Assembly: GCA_029953675.1 (NCBI GenBank)
Contig: JAMWBK010000001.1
Location: 806,001 to 870,000 of the forward strand
From: Rhodosorus marinus CCMP1338
Lineage: Eukaryota; Plantae; Rhodophyta
DNA: 64,000 nucleotides
Direction of reading: 5' to 3'
The first letter of the stretch is position 1, and the number at the start of each line of letters is the position of its first letter. The translations under genes and the position numbers were made by a program. The notes beneath the pieces were generated by a model. It was not told the origin of the DNA. It ran no database searches and saw only the letters and a program-made list of their open reading frames with translations. Of the stretch, positions 35,806 through 48,899 are shown piece by piece.

Positions 35806-36953
35806 ATGGAGGTACGCGCTGCTGACGAGGCAATCCACTTCGTCTTAAACCCCCCTTACGACTACCAAAAAAAAATTCCTTTCAATCGCGCGACCCCTGA
35901 GACACTCTCAAAACGATCAAGAAAACAATACCCGCCACGACAAAACTGAAAGCCTCCACCAACAGAACCCCTCCACGCCCAGAACAAACCAGAGGCAGAT
36001 CAGCTCATCCAGCTCAAGACTGATTCCTCATCTTTTCTTCTATTGATTTACATCAAGTGAAAGAAGAAGACAAAAAAAAAACCAAAAACATCCAAGCTCA
36101 TGGGGTCTCTCTCTAGTACAAGTCGCCCTACTCGACTTCTCGAACCCTACCAAACCCTCCCAGCTTTCCAAACTTCTCTCAGTTCATGTATATCATGACA
36201 GCCCGTCAGTATCTCCAAACCGGCCCGCCAAATACCAAAAGTGGAAGAAAAAATTAACCTTTTGACAAGGTAAAATCCCATTCAGAGTTTTCTATCATAT
36301 TAAGACAAAGGACGCCGATACCAAAAAAAGGAAAAAAACACAATCCTTCGACTTGTGCAAAAAAAAACCAATGTGAAAGTTTTTCTTTTCTTTTCTTTTC
36401 TTTTTTAGAATACGATCCATTTTATTTCCATTTTGTATGTCGACGAGGAGTGTTGGCCTTCTTGGGGTATACTGGATTTACCTATTACTTTCACCGAGAA
36501 TATTAGTATGAAGTGTGCACTTATATGACCCGTCACAAGCATTTTTGACATGATCATGTCACGGGTGGATACGATCACTTACTTTTTAGAAATATCTCCT
36601 GAAATTAATATAAGTCGCTAATATGGAGAATATTTAACTTGACTTCGAGGGGGTTAAATTTTCGCGTTTGCACTTGAAGGAAGAGGGGCAGATGCGAGAA
36701 AGTTTATACAGGTAAACTCGTTTATGATATAGGAAGTATCTATGGAAAGTAACGAACGTGTATTCAAGAAATTTTTAGCAAGATCCTAAGCCAAGAATCT
36801 TTTCGAATCTATGTTCGGTTTATACAATATCGATCGTTCCTATATATACGAAAGTAGAATTGAATTTAAATATTAATATTGAGGATTGTCGTTGTATTTA
36901 TCATTTTGCTTTCGGTATTTATTGATATCCTGTCCTTTAATCGGCCTGTGCAC

Positions 36954-37199
36954 AAAAAAAAGCTCAGGTGCGCCATACAGGGCTCAGATGCAGGGCATTG
37001 ACTCCTGAGTGAGCTTTGCAGATGGGACGACGCAAGAGTTTTCGCGCGGTTTGTCGCGCGACAAACCGCCTCTCGTCCGATCTACCTGATCCGTCTGCCA
37101 GCTTGAGAAGAGCGTTGATTCAGGCTCGTGATCGGATCCGCTTGTTCAGAGCTAAATTACCCTGAAGCTATTCAATGAACTGAGCGCTTAGCGAACAAG
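36954..37199. ncRNA. Candidate structured non-coding RNA (four adjacent stem-loops; family not recognised)
   Basis: Stems: 36962-68/37004-10; 37025-38/37070-78 enclosing a perfect 24-bp palindrome 37046-69; 37088-93/37133-38 plus 37100-06/37120-26; 37141-47/37193-99 plus 37151-55/37188-92; A8 at 36954-61 (T8 on minus). No ORF spans it. Confidence 0.5.
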
Positions 37200-39996
37200 G
37201 AAACCTAGAACACGTACTGAAACTTCCAGTTCCAGCCTTGAAAATTTCACGCTACTAGTTGAGGGGCCTATCCTAGAGCCGCGCGAAAGCAAGCTCCAGC
37301 CTGAAATGATGCATAAGACTGCCTGGAATATCTACCAGGTTGACCGTCCCCATTCCACCAGATTGAGGACAGCCGACTCCGCGCGGGGGTGTCGCGGGAG
37401 CAAACCCAATTTAAAAGATGAAAATGCAACGCTGATAGACTTCGCTTGCTTGCGTTTCATCCTCAAAACGACTCCCTGGCTGTTATTGTGTCAGCTAGGA
37501 ACAGGCCTTCCAGATTGCGCTGGGATTGAGCTGAAAATCTTTCAGAGTCACGAAAAAGTTTTTCAGCCTCGTGCGCTCTACTCGGGAAGCAACTGTACCT
37601 TATGCCTCGAGAACGAATTGCGGAGGTGTCAAGTACGGGGAATGTGTTGCATTTGCACTTACTGACAACAAAATTCGATGGTGTCAGCATCATGACTGTG
37701 TCAGATAGCAGTCATTCTGAGAATCTCTTGAGCATCTTGCGTACCAGTCGCGATGATGGTCTTATTTACCGTGCACCTTCCAAGCCAAAAACCTCTTCCT
37801 TGCCGTTCTACTGTTCAGGTTGTGGTGAGGGATGGAGACCTCCCGCAATACTGAGTCTTCATCTACTCCACTCGTCAGGGCCTAGCGCTATAGGGAATAC
37901 CTGTTTTCAGAGTGCAGAGCGGGTCACTACGCGTTGAGCTGCGAGTGCGCCATCGAGTGTAATCGCAGCGCGCCATGCACAGAATAGCAGACACGTCAAC
38001 GACCCCCTGTAAGTGCATTCCAGGATCTACTAGGAGGAAGCCAGAATCTCAGTCTCAAGCTCACTTCGCACAATTGGATACCTAGGAGTCTGAAAAGTTG
38101 GGCTCCCGCAGCAGAGGACCAGCAAAAGCCTGTATCTCCCCTCTATAGCCTTCACTGAGGTTTATGGCACATTTGGAAATCTCGAATAGAAAAGACATTA
38201 AAAAAGACATTGATCGATCTCACACGAAAAAAGCGTCAGGAAATGCCAAAACATCTCATGTACATTGGAAACCTTTTTTTCTGACGGGAGCCCAGTCTCT
38301 TCAAGGAGATGGAATCTCTCTTGGGGAGCGGGTAGCAGGCGTTGAACTCGTCTTTGAGATGATCCGGTGATGTGTACAAGGTTCCCTACGGTTTGCCAAC
38401 CTTGCGTGGCAGCTTATGGTCGGGAATGGCGAGGTTCCCCCATAACACCAGAGAAGGAGGACGAGACGGAAGCACGCCAATCTGGAGAAGGCATTGGGTA
38501 TACGCTTTGTGATGGGTTAAGCACGTTGCTGGGAAGCCCACGGTTTTCGTCATCTTCAGTCTGTCTACACGAGGGACCTGTCGTCCATGACATCCAACAC
38601 GAAACTGTTGACGTCTTGATGTCTTCAAGCGTCGGGAAACGTCGAAATCCTTTGGCCAGGACGACAGCCCCAGAACCAACGAGAAACTGTTTCAACAAGC
38701 CGAATAAGAGGAGTGAGGGGTGCCTCTCCAAGAACGAAACCTTAACAACTTAACACATCTGAGCTTCCCGTCAAAACCGCTAGTTTACCTCAAACCCTCT
38801 TTCTGCCCACATTCCCACTCCCAAGTTTTCAACTTTCAAGAAAAACAAAGAATCAGAGATTATTCAATCATTACAAAAACCTCCGAAATCTCAAAAAACA
38901 TTATTTTCAAGTAAAACGGATGATTTCATGTTCACAAAACAAACAAATAATTTCCTTATATCAATCACCATTGGCCTCTCCCGAATACAAAGCGGTTGGA
39001 GTTTTTTTTTCATTTTTCAAAATTGAATCCACTTATCCGTTGAAAATCCTCAAAATCGTTGTTTCCTCTTCATTTTCGGGAACAAACAACAACCGTTTTT
39101 GCATACTAAAAGAGGGGGAGCCCTTTTCCCTAGTACCGATTTTGAATTTATGTTTTTGGGTTGTTTTGTGAACGATTTGTCCATTGGCAATGAAAACCTG
39201 AAGGGGTGGGTTGGGATTTGTCGGTATTGAAAGTGTGCGAAAATTCTGGTACGGATTAAGTTGGAGAAGAAGGCTCTTCAGCGGCTTTCTTGGGAGGGTG
39301 TTTGAAATTGGTGCCTGCCTTGAGGAGGATGGGTAGCTACCATTTGAGGGAGGGGGTGATTGACTTTGACAGACGATTCTTCCTCTGAAGACCAGTTGTT
39401 TGTCTAGCGTATGTCAAACAACTGCTCACTGTCTTGGATGTGAGATCAGCGGATCGATGCAGACCCGTGATCGTGGGTAGGTTGTGGAGCCGGACCGCGG
39501 GTGTTAAAAACAGGACGTAGGGAAGAATTGGTGAGCGTTCGGATTTGGTGGACGGAGGGCGACTGGGAAAGGGGGGAATCGTTTAGAGGCAGGGATTTTT
39601 TTTTGGGATCCATAACTTGAAAGGCACTAGTTGGTCTTTGAAGTGTTTTGGGGAGTCTTGGTTAACAGTAGAAAACGTTTCTAGATCCTCACCGCGGAGG
39701 AGTTTGTGTTGGCGGGTGTTTGTTTGGGTGGTTCGAGAGTAACCGTTTTGCCTGGGCAGAGAACTTGCGAAGGGTTCGTGGTGGGGAATTACGGAGGTGG
39801 CTTTTAGGTTTCTGAATAGCTCAGCCTGAGGCGAGTTCTTGATTTCGGCCCGGTTTGGTGAGGTTGAGGAGGAGAGATCTGTTTTTGCGAGTGGTGGGGC
39901 TGAACGGCCTGGCTTGGGAGGAAGATTTTGGGTTGTACTGGACTGGAGACTTGAAGGTGCATTTTTGTGCGCGTTGAGAACAGATTTGATTTTATC

Positions 39997-40638
39997 ATGC
40001 CGATAAATCAGTATGCTTTGCTCGCCCCCCCGCCAAGATCTGGGCAATTATCGCTGACGGGGAAGAGACTCATTGCGGAGCTGTTCATATTTATCGCTTC
40101 TATGATTATCATGGCTGTTGTAGCTGACAACTACGCTAAATTTGATTGCACGGGGCTCTGTGGCTTCTATGTCTTCATGGCAGTGTTTTCTTTTATTATC
40201 TCTTTCATCCTGCTTGCGATCAATGTTTGCATTGAGCTACGAATTGTAAGTCACCGTCACTTTTGGAAGGACAAGAAGGACTCTACTCAAAGCTCGACTT
40301 ACTAACAAGAGGTTTAATTTTTTTGCCTGGTTTTGCTATGACAGGCGAAGCGGTCGATGTTGCCTTTCCAGAAGGAGAAGAATGTGCTTCTCTTCTTCTT
40401 CGGGTTTTGGATTATTGGAATCATCCTGTTCAACCTGAATAGTAATCCGTTCAAATTTCAGGCTAGTGGCCAGGCGCTCGTGACGTTCGCCTGGCTTTTG
40501 TTTCTAACTTCTGGCTACGTCAACCTTTTGATGTACCATATTCTACTGGAGCAAGGACTTTATAAGGATTTGACAAAGAAGTGGGAAGCCGAGTTGCAAA
40601 GACATGAAGAAGAGGTTGCGCTTGGGAGGCGGCATTGA
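39997..40638 (+). CDS. Small four-TM membrane protein (MARVEL/CASP-like), 2 exons
   Basis: Four hydrophobic segments (LIAELFIFIASMIIMAVVA; FYVFMAVFSFIISFILLAI; LLFFFGFWIIGIILF; ALVTFAWLLFLTSGYVNL) with a short Cys-containing loop; GTAAGT...CAG intron. Confidence 0.7.
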
Positions 40639-42703
40639 CGATTTCAAACACCACAACCCCAAAGTGTGGCTTCTTAAACACAATTTTGATAAGCTAGGAG
40701 ATGCAGACTACGCGTTTGTAGTATGAACGTCACAAACCAAAGTTCGTGCCTTGTACAGCTGACGGGCTTTTTCAGCCGAAAGATCGATTTGGGAAGCTTT
40801 GTGCAACTACGACATTAAGATATGCTGATCGCGAGGGAAATGGAATTCGTTTTAACTTACGGCGAAAATAAACAACCTCTAAGATCATGGATTGATAGGA
40901 ACGGAACCGCAGCTGGGACGGGTTGCGGAGAGCTAATAATTCGAGTGGTGTTCCGTGCAGGAACACCCCAAATTCATACTTTTTGAATTTTTGCTCCAGC
41001 AAGGTCTAGGAGGATCACCCAGGTTAATCGTCAAGTCAACCATTCGTAGCGCCGCATGGCCAAAGGGTTGAGGTGATGCACCTATACCACAAGTTCCGAG
41101 TAAGAGTGGCAGGTGACGGTGCGGAGTCCCGGTTGCCAGTCAATAATTTCAGATTATCCCAAAGGGTGACGCCTGACTGTTCCGAGAGGCCGAACAGCTG
41201 AGTAAATACCTCAAAACTAGTCAAGCGGACCGTGACCAAAGAGCCTCCAACTCTTCCGTGTGCAGGGCCTGGGAACTTCTCGGGTGCGCACTCAGGTCCC
41301 TCACCTCAGCCCTCGCACGCTCAAAAATTCAGTAATTCTTTTTTGATGCCAATGCCTTTCCTCTGATTGCCTTTCATTCCACACGATGCAGCTGCCACAT
41401 GAAACTCTCTCGGTTATCCTGCTTGTGTCCTGACTACTCTGACAAAAAAATAAACTCAAGAGGATTTTTTCACCGCTTGATAAATCCGTTCAGTTCAATC
41501 AACTCATGAAGATGGATCAGATGCGCGACTGATGGACAGGCGTTGACCCGGCGAGATGGACTGGCAACTGCGACTTGGTTGTACTCGTCTAGTGGCAAAA
41601 CGCTACCCCCAAGTATGTAGAAGATTGCGGACGCATCACTTGCCAGATGTTTGGCAAGCACGACAGGACGCGTGTTTAGCGATACTAGCGGTCGCTTGAG
41701 CATCGGCCCAAGGGAGCTCCAGTTTGGCCGCCAAACATCTAGCCTGCAAAGCTCCGGTTGTTCTCCCAACAATATGTAGTTTTTCGAGCATATTGGTGAG
41801 AAAGGATGTCTACAGGGGCGACTCCTGGAGCTTTATGGTTCGTCTGGCCGCAAAGCTTTATATTCCACGGGTAAACCAGGACACGCTTTTGCGACCAGAC
41901 GAGCCCAACTATCCTCTTGCATTTTCCCTAATGGGAAACATATTAACAAGCACAGTTTTGGAAGTCGAGCTGTCGCATTATATATATTTCGCTGAAGATA
42001 CGCAGTCAGAATTGCTCGATCGCTTCGAGCCCAACCACAGCGCATTTTTATTCCTGACTGTGAGCTACTCCAAACACTTGATTATAAGCTTTCCGGGAGA
42101 CGGACGAGCTCTACTTCAGATATCTTCCGCTAGCATCCCTTTCTGACGAATTTCCCCTTTACAGCGGTCTGTATCGCAATAGCCTTGCCGATAACCAGCT
42201 TTGCTAGCAACCAGTGCTTGGACCCACATCGTGGCTTTTGTTATCTCTAGGTATATTGTATATTGAGAGTTGGAACCTTTCCAACAGCTTGTTCGAAGGT
42301 GGAGGCAGAAAGTCGCACTCCGCGCTCCGAGGCTTTTTGCCGTTTTGGGTTTTGCTTAATCTGACCTACTTCGCTTGGAACTGGTCAGGCGAAGTACATT
42401 CAACGCTTGCGGGCGGCGTTTCTGTTCCTTTTAGTACATCTGTTCTTCTTTGTGGCCGATAGAGCTGAGCTGAGCGGGCTGTGGTTCCGATGGATTTGGA
42501 GCTTTGGAACATCGTCTCAATCGGTTGGGTAGCTGGTTGGAGTTGTTGTGCTAAACTCTGACTCGACGGTGAACGTCTGGATCTTGATGTGAATGAAAGA
42601 GAGAGAGTTTTTGATTGCTTTCTTGGGCTTGTTTTTTTTCAGCCTCGGATGTTTGAGAACGATGGCCTTTTCGGTGGAGTTGGAAAACACAATATGAGTA
42701 CAG

Positions 42704-45193
42704 ATGTTCAGTAAGGTAGTGGGCCATGTTCTTGCTGATGCAGGGATCGGCTCCTGGAGGCGCGTTTCCAGCTTCGGCTGCGAGCGGTATGCGTCGAGCT
42801 CCGCGGCGACTATCCTTAAATTATACGGAAGAGCCCCCAGGTATGATGCGGAAAGGATCAAGAGCGCTTTCCGTGAGCGCAAGATGTTCGTCCTGAAGAG
42901 ACGACTGCAAATCGCAGTACCCTTGACGATGTTCATTGGGAGAGTGGTCGCGGACGTCCAACTCGGTCGTGAGAAGGAGAAGCGGACCCAGAGGGCCACG
43001 GAATTCATGAAATTGATCGCATCATTGGGACCCGCATTTATCAAAGCTGGACAAGCGCTCTCAACTCGACCTGATCTACTCCCCCAGGAGTACCTCACAG
43101 AACTGGAGAAACTTCAGGACAGACTGCCCCCGTTCCCGACGGAGTTAGCGTTGAAACAGGTCGAGGAAGCTCTGGAGACAAATATCGAAAAGGTCTTCAG
43201 CCATTTTGATGCAGAACCAATCGCCGCAGCTTCCATAGGACAGGTGTACAAAGCTACTTTGATCACTGGGGAGCAAGTCGCTGTGAAGGTTCAGCGGCCT
43301 CGATGCCAGAATGTAGTAGCTCTGGATCTTCATATCCTGCGAGAGCTTAGCGGCTTCCTCAATAAACTCCTAGCGGTACGTTGACCGTAAACTCGAACGG
43401 GTCCCTGGCCATTACTTGGGGACTGCGACCAGAAGATCACGCACCGTCTCCGATACTGAGGCGACCAAGCGCACATGCTGCACAGGTATTGAAGCGTGAT
43501 GTGGATCTCAAGGCAGTTATTGATGAGTTCGGTGCATTGATCTACGAAGAAATGGACTATGTCTCTGAGGCACTAAATGCGGACAAGTTTCAAGAACTCT
43601 ACGGGGACATGGAAGGTATAAAGGTTCCCAAAGTACATTGGAAACACACGAGAAGAAAGGTATACTTTGTCGAGATAGCCAAGAATGGTCATCTCCTGAC
43701 ATTGTGGAAAACTTACAGGGACTAAGGCAGATTTAACCTCGTTGAACACGTTCGCGGCAGGTGCTTGCTCTTGAATGGGTGAATGGTGTAAGGCTAGATT
43801 CGGCGCCTGCGAGGAAGCCCGAGCTCGTGAAGACACTTCTCAACTGTTCCCTGAAGCAAATGCTTGGCAATGGCTTCTTTCATGCTGACCCTCACGGTGG
43901 CAATCTGCTCGCAACGGACGACGGAAAGCTGTGCTTTTTAGATTTCGGTATGATGAGCCATGTTGCTCCAAAGCAGAGGTGAGAAGAATGGAGAAGCTTG
44001 TACAGTAGGCGTCCAAGAAAAGCCCCATGTTTAGAAGAGCTCCATCGCAGCGGGTTGGTCCGTGATTGTTGGTTCGCCGTTGGGTTTTAACGAATTTCCC
44101 TTTCCGTCAAAGGTATGGGATCATTCTTGCCGTTGTGCACCTCGTCAATCGCGACTGGGAGGCGATGGTCAATCTCTACGTCAGGCTCGGGTTTATCCCT
44201 CTCGGAACAGATACAAGAGTTATCGTCAAAGCGCTGGAAGATGGCCTTCCCGATGTGATGGATTCCACCGTAGCTGACTTTAACTTCACCTCCGTTATCA
44301 GGGAGTTGGGCTCCATCATGTGAGACAGAGCACTCCGTTGCGAGAGGCAGGGTGAAGCTTGATTGCTTTGATTCTGACGAGTTCTGGGGACTCCTTTTTT
44401 CTACCCGCTCCCTGGTTAGGTACACCCACCCGATTCAACTTCCAAAGTACTATACAGCCATTCTGCGGTGTATGGCTGTGCTAGAAGGCGTTGCGCTTAG
44501 AGTTGCTCCGCAAGTCAAGATCGTCAACGAGGCGTATCCGTTTATAGCTGCGACAATGCTTTCCGAGGATTCGGAAGAGCTCCAGGACGCGTTGATGCTC
44601 TTGCTTTTCAAGGATGGGCACATTCGCAAAAATCGCCTTGTGAATCTTTTGATGTCTGCTTCCAGTTACCGGGAATACGACGTTAGCCGATTCTTGAACA
44701 GCTTTGTCGACTACCTACTTGAAAGTGACGATGATAGGCTAAGAGAGAACCTTGCAGAAGACCTGGCTACGGAGTTGGACGAGATTGGCTACGATATGGC
44801 GAAGTATATGACTTCGACTTTGGCTCGAAGTAGCTTTGTTCCTCAATTTTTGCGGGAGCCTTTCAGCGTACCTGAACCCGTAATCACCGAGAGACTACGG
44901 GTTTCCAGATATCTAGCAGAGAACCTCGGCCAAAGTGAAGATTTCAGAGTTGAGAAAATCATGTCGTTGCTTCAAAGGTAGGCCCGCTTTGACGGTTGGT
45001 CTCTTTGGGACTTTTCAACTCCTCGCTCTTTTCAACATTCAAACCCCGGAGCCTTTTCCTTGTCAGATTTTCAACTGATGCGAAAGCCCAGAGACTCGGT
45101 TCAATTCTACTGGTGAATCTACTGGAGCGATTCATCAGGCGTCTCCTTCATGTGGTTCTAGAAGTAACACAACCTAGACCTACCGCGAAGTAG
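42704..45193 (+). CDS. ABC1/UbiB atypical kinase (ABC1K family, probably plastid), multi-exon; start uncertain
   Basis: LGPAFIKAGQALSTRPDLLP, LEKLQDRLPPFP, PIAAASIGQVYKA, VAVKVQRP, EEMDYVSEA, FFHADPHGGNL, LCFLDFGMM. Confidence 0.96.
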
Positions 45194-45424
45194 TAGAGAA
45201 TTCTGTTGCGAACGTAGCTGGATATCAGTCGAGTGGGTGTCGGCACCCGCCGTCCATTGAGAAAGGGCCAACATCGGCTTGCCAATAGAAAAGCTTGTAT
45301 ATACCATTGTATCAACCACTTGATAATCAGTATCTGATTATTAAAGTGCATTCAAATAAAAAAAAGAAACGTCAAAGCCTAACACTCAGAAAGCGATCGA
45401 TTGGTGATCAGCCCATGGCTAGTA

Positions 45425-47488
45425 CTACGGAAACAGTGGACTTCCCCAAGGATTCCCTGCCCCTCTACTTCCCCGTCCGCCGGACGAACCAAGCGAAGAC
45501 CTCAAACCGTGAATCTGAAGCAGAAGAATGACTTCATGGTGTCCTGCCTGCTGGGCATCATGCAAAGGGGTAGATCCCCATCGGTCTCTAACGTCGGTCA
45601 TAGCTCCTTTCGACAATAGCAGCTTAACCATTTCCGAGTTTCCATCGCAAGCAGCAATATGCAACGCTGTTCTCTTGTCATAATTTCTGGATTCGATCAT
45701 CGCCCCTTTGCCCAGGAGAACGTCGCTTTTTTGCAAGTCTCCGCTATGAACCGCATCCATGAATTCCCTATCGACCGGACCGGGAGTGATGCCCATGTTG
45801 GAGCTGGAACATCCATGGAACGATCCAGCGTCCAAACTCGACGAATCAGACAGGGTCGATGCTTTCGAGCGTTTTTCCCGGGGGGGCATGCGAATTGCGC
45901 CCTGTCGCGTTTCAGAAGCATAACCTGTTTCGAAACAAAAAGAGGCGCGTGAGCAATCATCCTTCTCTTCCCCTGGCCTTGAAACTAGTCATACCGTCAT
46001 TGAGTGCCTTCAAGGCATTGTACAATTCATCGCTCCTTAGCGTCTCCAAGATAGAGTTCAGGTCTGGCCGTTCCTCCGGATTCGGATTTATGCATCTGGT
46101 GACCAGAGAGGAGAGCTCGGGAGGAAGCCCATCCTCACCTACGAGATCGGCAAACGAAGATTCCTGTTTTCGCTCCTTGAGCTCCTCCACGTTCAGGTTT
46201 AGGAACGCTGGCTATACATCGGAAGAGTACAATGTGACTATTCAGTTTTGAAACGTTCGTGAAGGAAGTAAGCAGGAAGGACTTTTTCTCTACCTCTCCT
46301 GCCCAAAGGTGCCAAACAAGCATGCCGAAAGCGTAGCAGTCTGTTTTGGCACTAAACGCCTCACCGGCGAGGAGTTCGGGAGCCATGTACTGAACTGTTT
46401 CGATCTAAAGTAAAGTAGTCACATTGGAAACGAAGCCCGATGAGATTCAAAACGCAGTAAGATGGTGACCCTTGTTTTCCTGATTCAGCAAATCCCTACC
46501 TCGTCAACCGCGTCCGAAGACGGCTTTTGTTGGTGCTGCATTCGGAACTCGGAAAGCACACAGTCAGACCTCTGAGAATCTACGAGTGTGTTGTTTGGGT
46601 GGAGAAACCCGTGAAGTTGGGGGGGATTAAATGAGTGCAAGTAGAGCAAGCCTCTAGCAATTGAGATTGACATATGCAGGATCTGCTCTCATCGGATTGT
46701 GAGGAAACGAGGCACAAAAAACACGGGCATTGTAAGCAACGAAAAGCCCAAACTAAGTAAGACACGGGCGAAATCGGTAAATCTATCGAAAGATATCATC
46801 AGAACGTACCTCAATGGCGTTGAGAACTGATTTTTCAAGCACAGTCGAAATGGGCTCCTTTCGTGTGTACTCGCTGACCAGGCAGAACGGTCGTTCGCTT
46901 TCAATAACGGAACACATGTGTAGTAGTAAGTTCGGGTGTCGCAGGGTGGAGTGGAGCTCTATGTCCGCCCGCAAATCATCCATCGTTATTCCTGCCGCGT
47001 CCACAAACTGGCTCGCAGTCAATCGATCATCTTCTTCTTCCGATTTCGGATCATGGTACACTGCAACTAAAACTGGCTGCCGAAGCCATAGTGCCCTCCA
47101 GAGGGAGCATCTTTTCTCCCTCCTTAGCGGCTTCGAAAAGCTGATCTGGTCTATTTCAATAGAGAAGGTCTCGTTCGCCCTGCATGCAAAGCACATGATG
47201 CAGATCGTTAGCTCCACCGCCCGCCAAAATACAACTCTCAGACTCTCAAAAATCGCTGCAGTTGCCATACCGAAGGTCGTCAACCCTCGACGTTGTTCTC
47301 TTCACGCCAGATATCAACTTTGGCCGATATCCAAACGATGCAGTGGAGGAGTTGCTCCTGTACGAAGAATTAGCCACTTGCAGTTCATCTTCCAAATCAT
47401 AAGAATTGTACAAAGCCCGGAGAGCTGGGTTGTTATGGCTTGAATGGCCTTCCTCATCCGCCATAACGATCTCAGCGTCAGTAGTCAT
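45425..47488 (-). CDS. TKL-type pseudokinase with C-terminal ankyrin repeats, multi-exon
   Basis: Kinase-fold motifs LRHPNLLLH, CLVSEY, ISIARGLLYLHSFNPPQLHGFLHPNN, MAPELL, TDCYAFG, RCINPNPEERP; a phase-1 intron (GTATGA...AAACAG) joins in frame to RNYDKRTALHIAACDG...VRDRWGSTPLHDA ankyrin repeats. Start 47488 or 47464. Confidence 0.88.
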
Positions 47489-48899
47489 CAAACACTCCGC
47501 CCACACACTAGGGCATTCCTCCCACCACGGCTCCTTTCTATAAAAGAAAACAACTCCCGCGTACTCTCCAGAACACGCAAGCACTTGCAAAATACCTCCC
47601 TCACAACCTCGTCTGAACAAAAGAGCACAAAAACTAGTAGACCCGAAATACACCACACATCATTCCCCCTACACCACTAGTCGACCTCCACAAACCTGTC
47701 CCCTCCACCTTCAACATATACAAAGAATCTTAATCGTAGTACATCAACCCTGCCCAGAACGTTGAGCAGGACAACGAGCTTTGGATATCGCTCGCCATGC
47801 TCCCAGTCCACATGGACACCATCGCGTAAGTCTTAGTCAACCAAAACCCTCACACCAAATATTCCAAAAAATCGTCACCACCCCTACCAAAAAAACCAAT
47901 CCACTATTTTAAAATGACTGATCTAGTTAATACGCTTTCTAATAAATATTTTATATATTATTCAATCAATTTTATTCCTACCAGTTATCCTCACCCCCCA
48001 ACTTCCTAGATGGCTAGATTGGATCAAAGACTTGGGAAACCCCCTATTTCAGGCCAAGATTAAAAGGAGTTGAAAATTAAGGGGAAGGTGAGTATGATAA
48101 AAAAAATATGCTTTTACTTTTCGCTCTTATGTTTTGCAGGTATATACGAAACAGTGGAGGACCGGCAAAGGGGGGGGGCGCGGAGGGGTGCGGGAGGGAG
48201 ACGGGTTATGTAGTCCGCGAGCTTCCTTTTTTAATGTTTCAGCAGTATATTGAAATATGAATATATATATTTATGTAAATGATTGAAAATTTCAAGAGGA
48301 GGAAGTGCGAGGAAAACTATCCATCCGTGTTGTTTTTTAAGAGTGCTTTTGTCCTGCGTACAGCGATTTGTTATTTTTTCTCCCATAAATAAAAAAAGTT
48401 GAAAATAGAATTAATTTAGATGATTGAAGAAATGGTTTAGAAATATGGATTGGAGATATATATATATATATATATGTTAGATTGTTTTTTAATTTTTTTG
48501 ATGTTGTCGGGTGAGTTAATTTTTTTGTTTTTGCTGAAATTTGTCCTTTTTGTGTTTTATTTTTAAATTTTCTATGGAAACTTGGTTGTCGGCTGGAGGT
48601 CGATGGATGCAATGGTTTTTTGTTTTTTTTTAGGGTTCTTTTTGTTTCTTGGCTGGGTGGTGAGTGGAAAGGAGGAGAGTGGAGGGGGGAGGGGGAGCGG
48701 GGGGCGGTAGAAGCGGGGGTTGTGGGCTGAGGGTGTCTAGTAGATAGCGGAAAGGCTTGTTTGTTGTGGAGGGAGGACTCCTGTCAACAATGAATTCTTT
48801 TCTGAAAGGTAGATCAGAACTATTGTGGGTTTTTAGCTGAAAATGGATGCCTCTTGTTCCCAGCGCTGGTTCTGTGGCTTTTGTACAGCCCGACGAGCA

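Noticed and set aside
37075-37100. CGGATCAGGTAG on the minus strand resembling the 5' start of 28S rRNA
   Set aside because: Only 12 nt match, and the expected following ACCCGCTGAACTTAAG and upstream 5.8S are absent.
37130-37175. U3 box A-like GCTTCAGGGTAATTT (minus) and telomerase-template-like CTAAATTACCCT (plus)
   Set aside because: No box B/C for U3 and no clear 1.5-repeat template; not enough to name the RNA.
40700-42500. Several 70-140 aa ORFs on both strands between the MARVEL-like gene and ABC1K
   Set aside because: Could not be linked by in-phase splice sites and no family recognised; may hide a gene or decayed element.
42517-43098. 193-aa minus-strand ORF
   Set aside because: Antisense shadow of the ABC1K coding region.
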